From a virus: a stretch of DNA of 45,864 nt. Of the stretch, positions 28,844-35,375 are shown piece after piece. The translations under genes were made by a program, and so were the position numbers. Position 1 is the stretch's first letter. Every line of letters begins with the position of its first letter. The notes under the pieces were generated by a model. It ran no database searches and had not been told where the DNA came from. It saw only the letters and a program-made list of their open reading frames with translations. Location of the stretch: IMG/VR virus record IMGVR_UViG_3300037483_000175; one strand, 5' to 3'.

Positions 28844-28902
28844 GTGCGCACGCGCGTTATCCTCTATAAAGGAAACAAATAAACAAAATTTTTATTTTTT
28901 TC

Positions 28903-28931
28903 TTGCAATCAAATGTAATGTGTGGTATACT
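28903..28931 (+). promoter_or_regulatory. Early rightward sigma70 promoter
   Basis: TTGCAA (28903-08), 17 nt, TATACT (28926-31) with an upstream TG. It shares TTGCAATC and GTGTGGTATACT with the promoter at 30563. An A/T-rich UP-like tract lies upstream. Confidence 0.7.
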
Positions 28932-28974
28932 CTTATTAGTCAGCAACACACTCATTGACAACTTAATAGTAGTA

Positions 28975-28999
28975 GTAGTAGCGCTTCCTCTGGTACCCC
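28975..28999. repeat. Left arm of a 25-bp inverted repeat (24/25 match) bracketing the first early gene
   Basis: gtagtagcgcttcctctggtacccc; its reverse complement recurs at 29263-29287 with one mismatch. The left end overlaps a (TAG)5 run at 28967-28981. Confidence 0.9.
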
Positions 29000-29015
29000 G
29001 GAAACGGAGGACACC

Positions 29016-29252
29016 ATGAAGACACTTACAGACAGAGAGCTATACAAACCAGGCAATATCATCTGGAGTCACTACTGGCGGCATTACAACCTAGTGCGGG
29101 ATGTCGAGTTTGAGGCGGACGGGCGTTTGCATCGGGTAAAAGTTCAGCACTGCACTCGTGAAGGGCTACCGCTGGACGAAGCCCGGTGGCACGGCACATC
29201 AGCCAGTGCAGGGGACCGAGTTGCAGGTTACATATTAGGATTCAGCCTATAA
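29016..29252 (+). CDS. First early gene, hypothetical 78-aa protein
   Basis: SD acggaggacacc before the ATG; roughly 80 nt downstream of the early promoter. Confidence 0.6.
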   Translation: MKTLTDRELYKPGNIIWSHYWRHYNLVRDVEFEADGRLHRVKVQHCTREGLPLDEARWHGTSASAGDRVAGYILGFSL

Positions 29253-29262
29253 CAACTGACCA

Positions 29263-29287
29263 GGGGTACCAAAGGAAGCGCTACTAC
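29263..29287. repeat. Right arm of the 25-bp inverted repeat
   Basis: ggggtaccaaaggaagcgctactac. Confidence 0.9.
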
Positions 29288-29368
29288 ACTGTTGGGAGAA
29301 CATCATGGAACGTTGCGTATGGATATTGACAGTACTTGCTTATATCGCGCTTTGTTAGGAGAACGATC

Positions 29369-29605
29369 ATGCCGCTTACGAAAATTGCCAGCATCAAACA
29401 CAACGACAACAGCAGAACCGACCGGGTCATCCTGTACCGCAGTGACGAGTCCGATTATGTCTACGCGGGAGCCGGTGACGAGCAACCGTATGAAACAGAC
29501 TGCCTGTGTGCATATCACTGGATCAATTATGTATGGTCCTCACCAAACTGGGATCTGACCTATGAACCGGACGTAGACCTAGAGGAATTGGAGATCGAAT
29601 CATGA
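29369..29605 (+). CDS. Hypothetical 78-aa early protein
   Basis: ATG at 29369 behind ttaggagaacgatc. The longer track ORF (29336) has no SD. Confidence 0.55.
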   Translation: MPLTKIASIKHNDNSRTDRVILYRSDESDYVYAGAGDEQPYETDCLCAYHWINYVWSSPNWDLTYEPDVDLEELEIES

Positions 29606-29763
29606 GCAGAAAGAAACTACACACAGTAAACGAGATAATCGAGAAGATCAAGAAGCACAGTATGACCAAGGATCATGCCGTTCGATTCGTCGACGTGTCA
29701 CGACGCGACGGGTACCTGACCGGCGAAACGTATAACCGGCTAAAAACACTCTTGAATTTCTAG
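29602..29763 (+). CDS. Hypothetical 53-aa early protein (not in the ORF track)
   Basis: Read by hand: MSRKKLHTVNEIIEKIKKHSMTKDHAVRFVDVSRRDGYLTGETYNRLKTLLNF. ATGA overlap with the upstream stop; followed by a terminator. Confidence 0.5.
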   Translation: MSRKKLHTVNEIIEKIKKHSMTKDHAVRFVDVSRRDGYLTGETYNRLKTLLNF

Positions 29764-29793
29764 AATATCCAGAACTCATTGTTTCCTCCGATT

Positions 29794-29823
29794 GCCCGTC
29801 GCCTCGTTGGCGGCGGGTTTTTT
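29794..29823 (+). terminator. Rho-independent terminator closing the first early operon
   Basis: gcccgtcgcc / tcgtt loop / ggcggcgggt (one G-U pair), followed by TTTTTT (29818-23). Confidence 0.7.
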
Positions 29824-29824
29824 C

Positions 29825-30097
29825 ATAAGTTTTTCTAATACCACTATATGTAGTGGGTAGTCCACCAGTGGTCCGATAGCGAAACCGCGTTTTTAGGCCA
29901 AAAAGCGATATATAGTGTTTTCGCTATATAGCCTGTGTACTATATATAGTGGTAGGCCCTCTACTACAGTAGAGATGACTCTACCGATAGCGAAACCGCG
30001 TTTTTAGGCTGAAAACGGCATACGAGCTTACATTTTTGTAGGATTACAGTTGTAGGCGATACATTTTTGTAGGATTACAGTATAAGTTTTTCTAATA
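29825..30097. repeat. Non-coding island, part 1: nested direct repeats
   Basis: 16-mer ataagtttttctaata at 29825 and 30082. 26-mer ccgatagcgaaaccgcgtttttaggc at 29873 and 29984. actatatRtagtgg(g)tag at 29843 and 29939. 22-mer tacatttttgtaggattacagt at 30029 and 30060. Confidence 0.9.
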
Positions 30098-30195
30098 GTA
30101 TACGGAAGCGCCTACACAAACCCCCGTTTTTGACATTTCCGATTTTGAATTTGTTATACCGGCCGCCCCGTATCGGCCAAGTCTTTTTTTTTAAC

Positions 30196-30497
30196 GGTAC
30201 ACCATAAGACCTAAACACTACTAAGGTATACCATAAAAAAAAAAGAGGGGGCCTATACCGAGATCTCAAGTATTAAGTATTCAAAGTCGAAAGTTACCTG
30301 TATACATGGCGTTTTTAAAGCGGTTTTTAGGATCGTAGTACACCACGTATAAAGATATCTTCCTAGAAAATCATGGTACACCGCTTCCAGCTATAGCGCT
30401 GAATATGTACTGGTTTGCATCGTTTTGGGCCTATATTTGGCGCTATAGCTGGAATAGGTACACCATGCCGCCTAGCCGTAGCTAAGTACACCATGCC
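30196..30497 (+). repeat. Non-coding island, part 2: six same-orientation (G/A)GTA(C/T)ACC iteron-like boxes with T9 and A10 runs and a 15-bp inverted repeat
   Basis: Boxes at 30196, 30225, 30337, 30375, 30457 and 30485. T9 at 30184-92 and A10 at 30235-44. ttccagctatagcgc (30385-99) has its reverse complement at 30440-54. Confidence 0.85.
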
Positions 30498-30562
30498 AGT
30501 GATTCGTGAGGCATCTGTTGCCGTAGGCCGTCGAGCGTTAGCCTATATTTTTGTTATTTTGT

Positions 30563-30590
30563 TTGCAATCGGCGCGGGGTGTGGTATACT
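30563..30590 (+). promoter_or_regulatory. Second early rightward sigma70 promoter
   Basis: TTGCAA (30563-68), 16 nt, TATACT (30585-90), in the same TTGCAATC ... GTGTGGTATACT context as the promoter at 28903. Confidence 0.65.
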
Positions 30591-30635
30591 ATACTCAGTG
30601 ATTGATCGATTGTTGATTAACTAGAGGAGCCTGCC

Positions 30636-31052
30636 GTGCGAGTCACTGAAAGAATGCTACTAGACGGGTATCGCGGCCTACGCGTCGGCAAGTATTCCGC
30701 TTGCATAGTATCCTATATTAAAGGCCGCCGTATCACTTGGAACTACTGGGATACGGGGTGGGAGAATGACCTATCAGTGTGCGACCGGGGCGGCACACTC
30801 CCGCTAATAATCGTTACGAGTCAGTGGGCGGTCCACGGCGCTGTCGAGGCCGACGCCGGAAATAACGATCACCCCGCCCTGCTAAAGATCAAGCAAGACA
30901 TGGCCCAGGCGGAACTGGAGCGGAGGAAGTCTATTCCGCGCCCGATTTTGCCGGCGCCATCCCCGGAAGCGAGGCGTCGGGAACGGCTACAATCGCTAAA
31001 TAAGAAATACTGCGCCCTGCTCTATAGGATGAAACCAGAAACCAGTGATTGA
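30636..31052 (+). CDS. Hypothetical early protein (GTG start)
   Basis: SD agaggag lies 6 nt before the GTG. 138 aa. C-terminus ...KPETSD. Confidence 0.55.
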   Translation: MRVTERMLLDGYRGLRVGKYSACIVSYIKGRRITWNYWDTGWENDLSVCDRGGTLPLIIVTSQWAVHGAVEADAGNNDHPALLKIKQDMAQAELERRKSIPRPILPAPSPEARRRERLQSLNKKYCALLYRMKPETSD

Positions 31053-31064
31053 AAGGACTAGGCT

Positions 31065-31280
31065 ATGCCAACAGAACGAAAGGTAGCGATATTCAGCTAC
31101 GGTAAACGGCGGGAGTTGTGGGACCTGGCAGTATCCGCCGCGAACGAGATGAACGACGCGGGATGTAAGACCCCGCGTAACCGGCCATACACCCCTGGCG
31201 ACGTGATAGCCTTGTGGGCTACGCTTGGGCGCGACGTATGGCGCCGCGATGTCGGCGCAGAACCAGAAACCAGCGATTAA
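31065..31280 (+). CDS. Hypothetical 71-aa protein, paralog of the N-terminal part of 32705..33151
   Basis: About 56 aa align with the 32705 ORF, including GDVIALWATLGR encoded by an identical 33-nt block. C-terminus ...EPETSD. Confidence 0.6.
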   Translation: MPTERKVAIFSYGKRRELWDLAVSAANEMNDAGCKTPRNRPYTPGDVIALWATLGRDVWRRDVGAEPETSD

Positions 31281-31297
31281 CCAGAGGAGATTGAATT

Positions 31298-31753
31298 ATG
31301 AACGTGTTAGAGCATTATAGAAGATTGCGGAGTGACTCGCAAGGTTGCTGCGGTCGTGCGAGTTATTGCTTGGCGACGGCGAAACGGTACGCAGCAATTG
31401 ACCGTATTTGGGACGACGCGGAAACGGCGGGTCTGGTACGCCTGCGGATAGAGCCGGACGATACGTCCGAGTACGATGATTTGGCCGGGGAATGCTACGA
31501 CGTGGCGTATAACGCGGATAGCGTACCTGGTGGCGCGCGTACGATACAGGCCCAAGAGAAGGCGTTCAGGTGCCGAATAGATAGGGACGGCGTGTGGGGC
31601 TATACGGCCGAATACTGGACCGGGTGCGACGTGTGCGGGCGCGGGGAATGGGAGCATGCCTATAGTTGCTGGGGGTTTATTGGCGAAGTGTGCGAGGACG
31701 CGGTATATGACGGTAAGTATGAGGCACTAGTCGCCGCCGGACTAATTGAGTGA
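31298..31753 (+). CDS. Hypothetical Cys-rich early protein
   Basis: 151-aa ORF with SD agaggaga upstream. Confidence 0.55.
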   Translation: MNVLEHYRRLRSDSQGCCGRASYCLATAKRYAAIDRIWDDAETAGLVRLRIEPDDTSEYDDLAGECYDVAYNADSVPGGARTIQAQEKAFRCRIDRDGVWGYTAEYWTGCDVCGRGEWEHAYSCWGFIGEVCEDAVYDGKYEALVAAGLIE

Positions 31754-31869
31754 TTGAAAACTATCAACGACATAGCTTTACAATTCGACCGCCTTTGCCC
31801 GAGCCAAGTCGGCGGCAAGTGGTAATGGCACCGAGCCAGAGCGAAAATTCGAGCCGAAAGGAACAAATC

Positions 31870-32331
31870 ATGAACAATCACACCATCAACATTGAGACGT
31901 ATTACGCAGAGCAATCAATCCAACCCTGTTCCGGTGGTTATGGCGAGTACCAGACTCAACCCATGGACTCGGACTGGTACGCGGACAAAAACGACCTACT
32001 CAACGACTGTATTAATACGTGCACAGGCACAATCTACTCCCTAGACGATGCCGATCTCCCAGAATGTGTCGATGACATACGTGGACGTATCCACAATGAG
32101 GAGGGTGATATCTACGCGGTAGTGTACGACGATGACAACGTTAGCTATTTTGCGGTCGTTGAATCCGAGCGATACTATTGTCCACTGTGCAAAACCACCC
32201 ACAACGAGGACCACCTGTGCGAAAACATCCAGGAGATTATTACCGATCTATATGAGGGTGGCACTACCCAAAAATACGACGAAACAATCAAATCTCTAAT
32301 CAGCAAATTTTGCGAGGACTCAAATGACTGA
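31870..32331 (+). CDS. Strongly acidic 153-aa protein with a CxxC motif
   Basis: ATG at 31870 behind aaaggaacaaatc. My count is about 33 Asp+Glu against about 8 Lys+Arg. Contains YYCPLCKTTHNEDHLC. Confidence 0.55.
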   Translation: MNNHTINIETYYAEQSIQPCSGGYGEYQTQPMDSDWYADKNDLLNDCINTCTGTIYSLDDADLPECVDDIRGRIHNEEGDIYAVVYDDDNVSYFAVVESERYYCPLCKTTHNEDHLCENIQEIITDLYEGGTTQKYDETIKSLISKFCEDSND

Positions 32332-32440
32332 AACCGAATATAGACAAAAACTGTTGGATGTTGCCACCCTGCGGGAGCGTGCAGCACATCAACGAGAGCA
32401 GGCCCTATCCTATCGCCGAGCCATGAAATCGGCTAGATAG
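32324..32440 (+). CDS. Possible 38-aa helical mini-protein (not in the ORF track)
   Basis: MTETEYRQKLLDVATLRERAAHQREQALSYRRAMKSAR. Its ATG overlaps the end of the upstream gene. Confidence 0.3.
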   Translation: MTETEYRQKLLDVATLRERAAHQREQALSYRRAMKSAR

Positions 32441-32545
32441 ACGACTATATGTATAGATGATCGATAGTGATCGTCAGGTTGCTGGCACCGAGCCAGAGTA
32501 ACTTTTCTGCGTCCATCACGGCGCGATTTGAAAGGAGACCGAATC

Positions 32546-32692
32546 ATGAACTATGTAATAGGTATAGCGTGGAATGGAGAACGCTTGCGGTTTGAGCGGT
32601 GGGTTTATGAAGCCTGGAGGGATGGAACCTTGGGCGACCCGGACTTGCTAAGCAGTCTGCAACGATGCTACAGTTTTACGAAACTGTATTAA
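32546..32692 (+). CDS. Hypothetical 48-aa protein (not in the ORF track)
   Basis: SD aaaggagaccgaatc before the ATG. MNYVIGIAWNGERLRFERWVYEAWRDG... Confidence 0.45.
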   Translation: MNYVIGIAWNGERLRFERWVYEAWRDGTLGDPDLLSSLQRCYSFTKLY

Positions 32693-32704
32693 AGGAGAAT
32701 CCCA

Positions 32705-33151
32705 TTGAGCACGAAGCAAAACGTAGTTAGATTCAGTCACGACGACCGGTTATCGCTCTACGAGGCCGCCGAACGTGCGGCGGGTACGCGGAACAGCTTC
32801 GGTGAAACAAACTCACGCGGGCGCCCGTGGACCGCCGGGGACGTGATAGCCTTGTGGGCTACGCTTGGGCGCCGCGCTGAAGCAGGGCTGGCGAACGGCC
32901 GCGAACATGGGGTCTGTTTTGCTAAACGGAGCGCGGAAGCCCGACGGGCGATCACTAGCCTGCTGAAAGCGATGCGCGGCGCGGTGGTGCGGCTACGCCT
33001 GGCGATAGAGCGGGAGTTACCAAGGGACGCGGCGGCGGAGCTTAGCAACCTGGCGGTTTCTATTGACTCGCTGGAGCGGGTATCGCCCGGAGCGAGTGCT
33101 ATGGCATATCAGGCCGGATATAGAGCCGGCAGTAACATAAATGAAAAATAG
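32705..33151 (+). CDS. Hypothetical protein (TTG start), longer paralog of 31065..31280
   Basis: SD aaaggaga lies 6 nt before the TTG. Shares an N-terminal domain with the 31065 ORF. Confidence 0.55.
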   Translation: MSTKQNVVRFSHDDRLSLYEAAERAAGTRNSFGETNSRGRPWTAGDVIALWATLGRRAEAGLANGREHGVCFAKRSAEARRAITSLLKAMRGAVVRLRLAIERELPRDAAAELSNLAVSIDSLERVSPGASAMAYQAGYRAGSNINEK

Positions 33152-33153
33152 GG

Positions 33154-33182
33154 TTGACACGGTTGCGGCGGTTTGGTAGTAT
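33154..33182 (+). promoter_or_regulatory. Internal sigma70 promoter
   Basis: TTGACA (33154-59), 17 nt, TAGTAT (33177-82). Confidence 0.6.
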
Positions 33183-33212
33183 CGGGATGTTAAAGATAAT
33201 AGGAGTACGAAA

Positions 33213-33437
33213 ATGAAAAAGACAAGTAGCGTTTCGAGTAGCGGTTTAAGTAGCGTCGGCTGCACCGGTCTGCCCGGCTGCATGCTTACGATTGTATTCG
33301 TTACCCTTAAACTACTGGGTAAGATAACCTGGTCCTGGTGGTGGGTTCTGGCCCCGGTCTGGGGGTCCGCTATAATTGTCGCGATAAGTGTCGTGATCGC
33401 TTTAGTAGCTACCGCGATTCTGATAGATAAACGATGA
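33213..33437 (+). CDS. Small two-TM membrane protein
   Basis: 74 aa with GLPGCMLTIVFVTLKLL and WWWVLAPVWGSAIIVAISVVIALVATAIL. SD aggag upstream. Confidence 0.65.
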   Translation: MKKTSSVSSSGLSSVGCTGLPGCMLTIVFVTLKLLGKITWSWWWVLAPVWGSAIIVAISVVIALVATAILIDKR

Positions 33438-33483
33438 CACCCCCTTCTCTCCTTCTCCCTCCGCCGGAGTGACTAACCGGCTT

Positions 33484-33513
33484 GGTTAGGGGCTGTAAGA
33501 TCGGCCCCTAACC
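33484..33513 (+). terminator. 10-bp-stem hairpin after the membrane-protein gene (terminator-like, weak U-tract)
   Basis: ggttaggggc (33484-93) pairs with gcccctaacc (33504-13). Confidence 0.4.
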
Positions 33514-33543
33514 TCCCTCCTTTATACAGAAAGGTGTAGATTA

Positions 33544-34002
33544 ATGGCAAGTTCTCCGAAAGCCGAAACCACGGACTACCGGCTCGGATACGTAGCCGGG
33601 TATAATGCCGGTACGCGCAGGCTAAAAAAGGTACGGCTGGCGAACAAGACCGAGCACGACGAACTGTTTTATCGCGCGGTAAAAGCGCTTCAGCGCACCC
33701 TTAACGATCTCGATCCTGATCGCGAGTACCAATTGGGGCAGGGCGAGTTCGCTATGCTCAAGGAATACTTTATGCCTACCGCGCACGAGGTGCACCGCCG
33801 ACTAAAGAAGGGTAATACGGTTAAGCTATACTCCGCGTACGGGCGACTCGCCGGAACGGGGGTGCTTGTGCGGCAGGTGGCGTATTGCGAGGACGGGCCT
33901 AACCAGATATGGCAAGTGCTTACCCCGAACGGACTGGAAGAACTCGAAGTATCTCACCGTGACGTGATACGAAAGGATGAAAACGATGGCTGCACACTGT
34001 GA
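33544..34002 (+). CDS. Hypothetical protein
   Basis: 152-aa ORF with SD gaaagg upstream. Confidence 0.55.
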   Translation: MASSPKAETTDYRLGYVAGYNAGTRRLKKVRLANKTEHDELFYRAVKALQRTLNDLDPDREYQLGQGEFAMLKEYFMPTAHEVHRRLKKGNTVKLYSAYGRLAGTGVLVRQVAYCEDGPNQIWQVLTPNGLEELEVSHRDVIRKDENDGCTL

Positions 34003-34186
34003 CCCGCCACGAGAACATGGCTACCTTATAAAAGGATTGCTAATCGAACACAACGAGTACGCGGTACGCAAGGGCGCGTGCCGGCTCGCCGGTACAAAAG
34101 TTTGCAAATACTGCGGAAAACTTCTTGACTCCGCAGCGGCATACGGTTATTGTAGTGTTTGCTATGATAAATTTTCTACGATGTGA
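33977..34186 (+). CDS. Zinc-ribbon mini-protein
   Basis: CKYCGK ... CSVCYDKF. Confidence 0.5.
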   Translation: MKTMAAHCDPPREHGYLIKGLLIEHNEYAVRKGACRLAGTKVCKYCGKLLDSAAAYGYCSVCYDKFSTM

Positions 34187-34189
34187 ATA

Positions 34190-34483
34190 ATGAAACGACC
34201 TACGCTATTGCGACCGGCTTTAATTCGCCCGGCTATGCCGCGACCAACGGCCCTTACCGGGCCGAAAGCGTACGCAGCGGATTGGACGGCGGCGTTTAAC
34301 GAGGCGCACAGCCTGTCTCGCATAGGTATAGCTTGCGTGTATGAGCTTGACGGCTATCACGCGGTGCTGTTTGACGAGTGGGCTGAAACAAAGCCGGGCA
34401 AGCTTATAGCCTGCATTCGTAGGCTATCGCGCGGATGTAGGGTATCGAACGAACATGAGAAACTATTCATAGAGGGTGAGTAA
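34190..34483 (+). CDS. Hypothetical protein
   Basis: 97-aa ORF in the packed operon. Confidence 0.5.
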   Translation: MKRPTLLRPALIRPAMPRPTALTGPKAYAADWTAAFNEAHSLSRIGIACVYELDGYHAVLFDEWAETKPGKLIACIRRLSRGCRVSNEHEKLFIEGE

Positions 34484-34484
34484 T

Positions 34485-34913
34485 ATGACCGAGAAAGAAC
34501 GAATAGAAGAGCGAATTCTACAGAATAAACAGGACCGAGCGCGGCTGCGGAACGAGGCGGAGGCCTTAGAAAAAGCGCTGGCGGCGGCAATCGCGCCCAA
34601 GTACAAGCACGGGGACATGTTCTACATGCCGAGCGGCACCGCGCACTTATGCGTTAAAGTTGACGGAGAGGACAGAATTTTAGGAGCCTCCGGGACAGGG
34701 TCCGGCAACCCAAACCACTACCGCGGCGTATACGACGCGCCCGGCCCGGTAGTGGGTAATATACTGCGTTTGATGGAGCAGGCTGGGCCGACTGGGAGGG
34801 TTGTCGCGCTTTCAGCGCAAGACTTGGAAAGAATGCAGCACTTATGCAGGCCCCTTACGGATAAAGCGCTAAGCGCGTTCGTAAAAAGGCACATATTGGA
34901 GAGTAAGAAATGA
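34485..34913 (+). CDS. Hypothetical protein
   Basis: ATG at 34485 lies right after the upstream stop. The track start at 34476 is GTG and would overlap. Confidence 0.55.
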   Translation: MTEKERIEERILQNKQDRARLRNEAEALEKALAAAIAPKYKHGDMFYMPSGTAHLCVKVDGEDRILGASGTGSGNPNHYRGVYDAPGPVVGNILRLMEQAGPTGRVVALSAQDLERMQHLCRPLTDKALSAFVKRHILESKK

Positions 34914-35080
34914 AACGCCGACCTCCAGACGCTAGAGCCCGGATTGTTACCGGTGTAGTAGAGAAGCTGACCAACGACTGGATCATTCGGCACGGCGCGA
35001 AAAACGCGGAGTTCCTGCTGCGAGTACTGGAGGCTGAGCTACGGTCTGCCCGGTTAAAGAAAGGCAAGCGTCTCTTATGA
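34910..35080 (+). CDS. Hypothetical 56-aa protein (not in the ORF track)
   Basis: ATGA overlaps at both ends (34910 and 35077). MKRRPPDARARIVTGVVEKLTNDWIIRHGAKNAEFLLRVLEAELRSARLKKGKRLL. Confidence 0.5.
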   Translation: MKRRPPDARARIVTGVVEKLTNDWIIRHGAKNAEFLLRVLEAELRSARLKKGKRLL

Positions 35081-35298
35081 ACAATTTAAGCTTGACTAAG
35101 GACGAGCTAAGGCGCATACTTATTTCGCAAGGCAAACGATGCGCGGCCTGCGATTTGGATATATCGGCTAAAGGGACGCACGCCTATAATAAGACAGCTA
35201 AAGTGTACCTCTGCCGCAGTTGCAACCTTCTGGTGCCCCACCTGGCGAGGAAAACGGCAGAAGTGATATACAAACTTATGAAACTAAGCAGACAATAA
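35077..35298 (+). CDS. Endonuclease VII-like zinc-ribbon protein lacking the DHDH catalytic motif
   Basis: QGKRCAACD ... LCRSCNLLVPHL matches the Endo VII scaffold (Q.G.CA.C ... LLC..CN..LG), but THAYNK replaces the D-H-D-H segment. Confidence 0.4.
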   Translation: MNNLSLTKDELRRILISQGKRCAACDLDISAKGTHAYNKTAKVYLCRSCNLLVPHLARKTAEVIYKLMKLSRQ

Positions 35299-35375
35299 GC
35301 AATAGGGGGCGCCGTAGAACAGGCCGACTAATAAAGGACGGGACGGCCCCCTGTTGTTTTTATAAAGGGATACGA

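Noticed and set aside
28657-28851. 64-aa minus-strand ORF across the control region
   Set aside because: Its poly-Pro core is just the translation of the G16/C16 tract. It has no SD and it covers the operator-like boxes.
29292-29558. 88-aa ORF overlapping 29336-29605 in another frame
   Set aside because: The competing frame has a canonical taggagaacgatcATG start at 29369 and is coupled to the next gene by an ATGA overlap. This ORF has no such signals.
29825-30560. Possible CRISPR array or tRNA/tmRNA in the repeat-rich island
   Set aside because: Each repeat family has only two copies with irregular spacing, except the 8-bp iterons, so there is no repeat-spacer periodicity. I found no cloverleaf or conserved T-loop (GGTTCGA-type) sequence anywhere in the window.
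30415-30624. 69-aa TTG-initiated ORF with a hydrophobic tail
   Set aside because: It has no SD. It runs through the iterons, the 15-bp inverted repeat and the promoter at 30563-30590, and ends in the SD of the next gene.
31826-31841. TGGCAC in the shared 15-mer read as a sigma54 -24 element
   Set aside because: The required -12 TTGC element at the correct spacing is missing. The sequence there is CAGA at 31826 and again in the copy at 32483.
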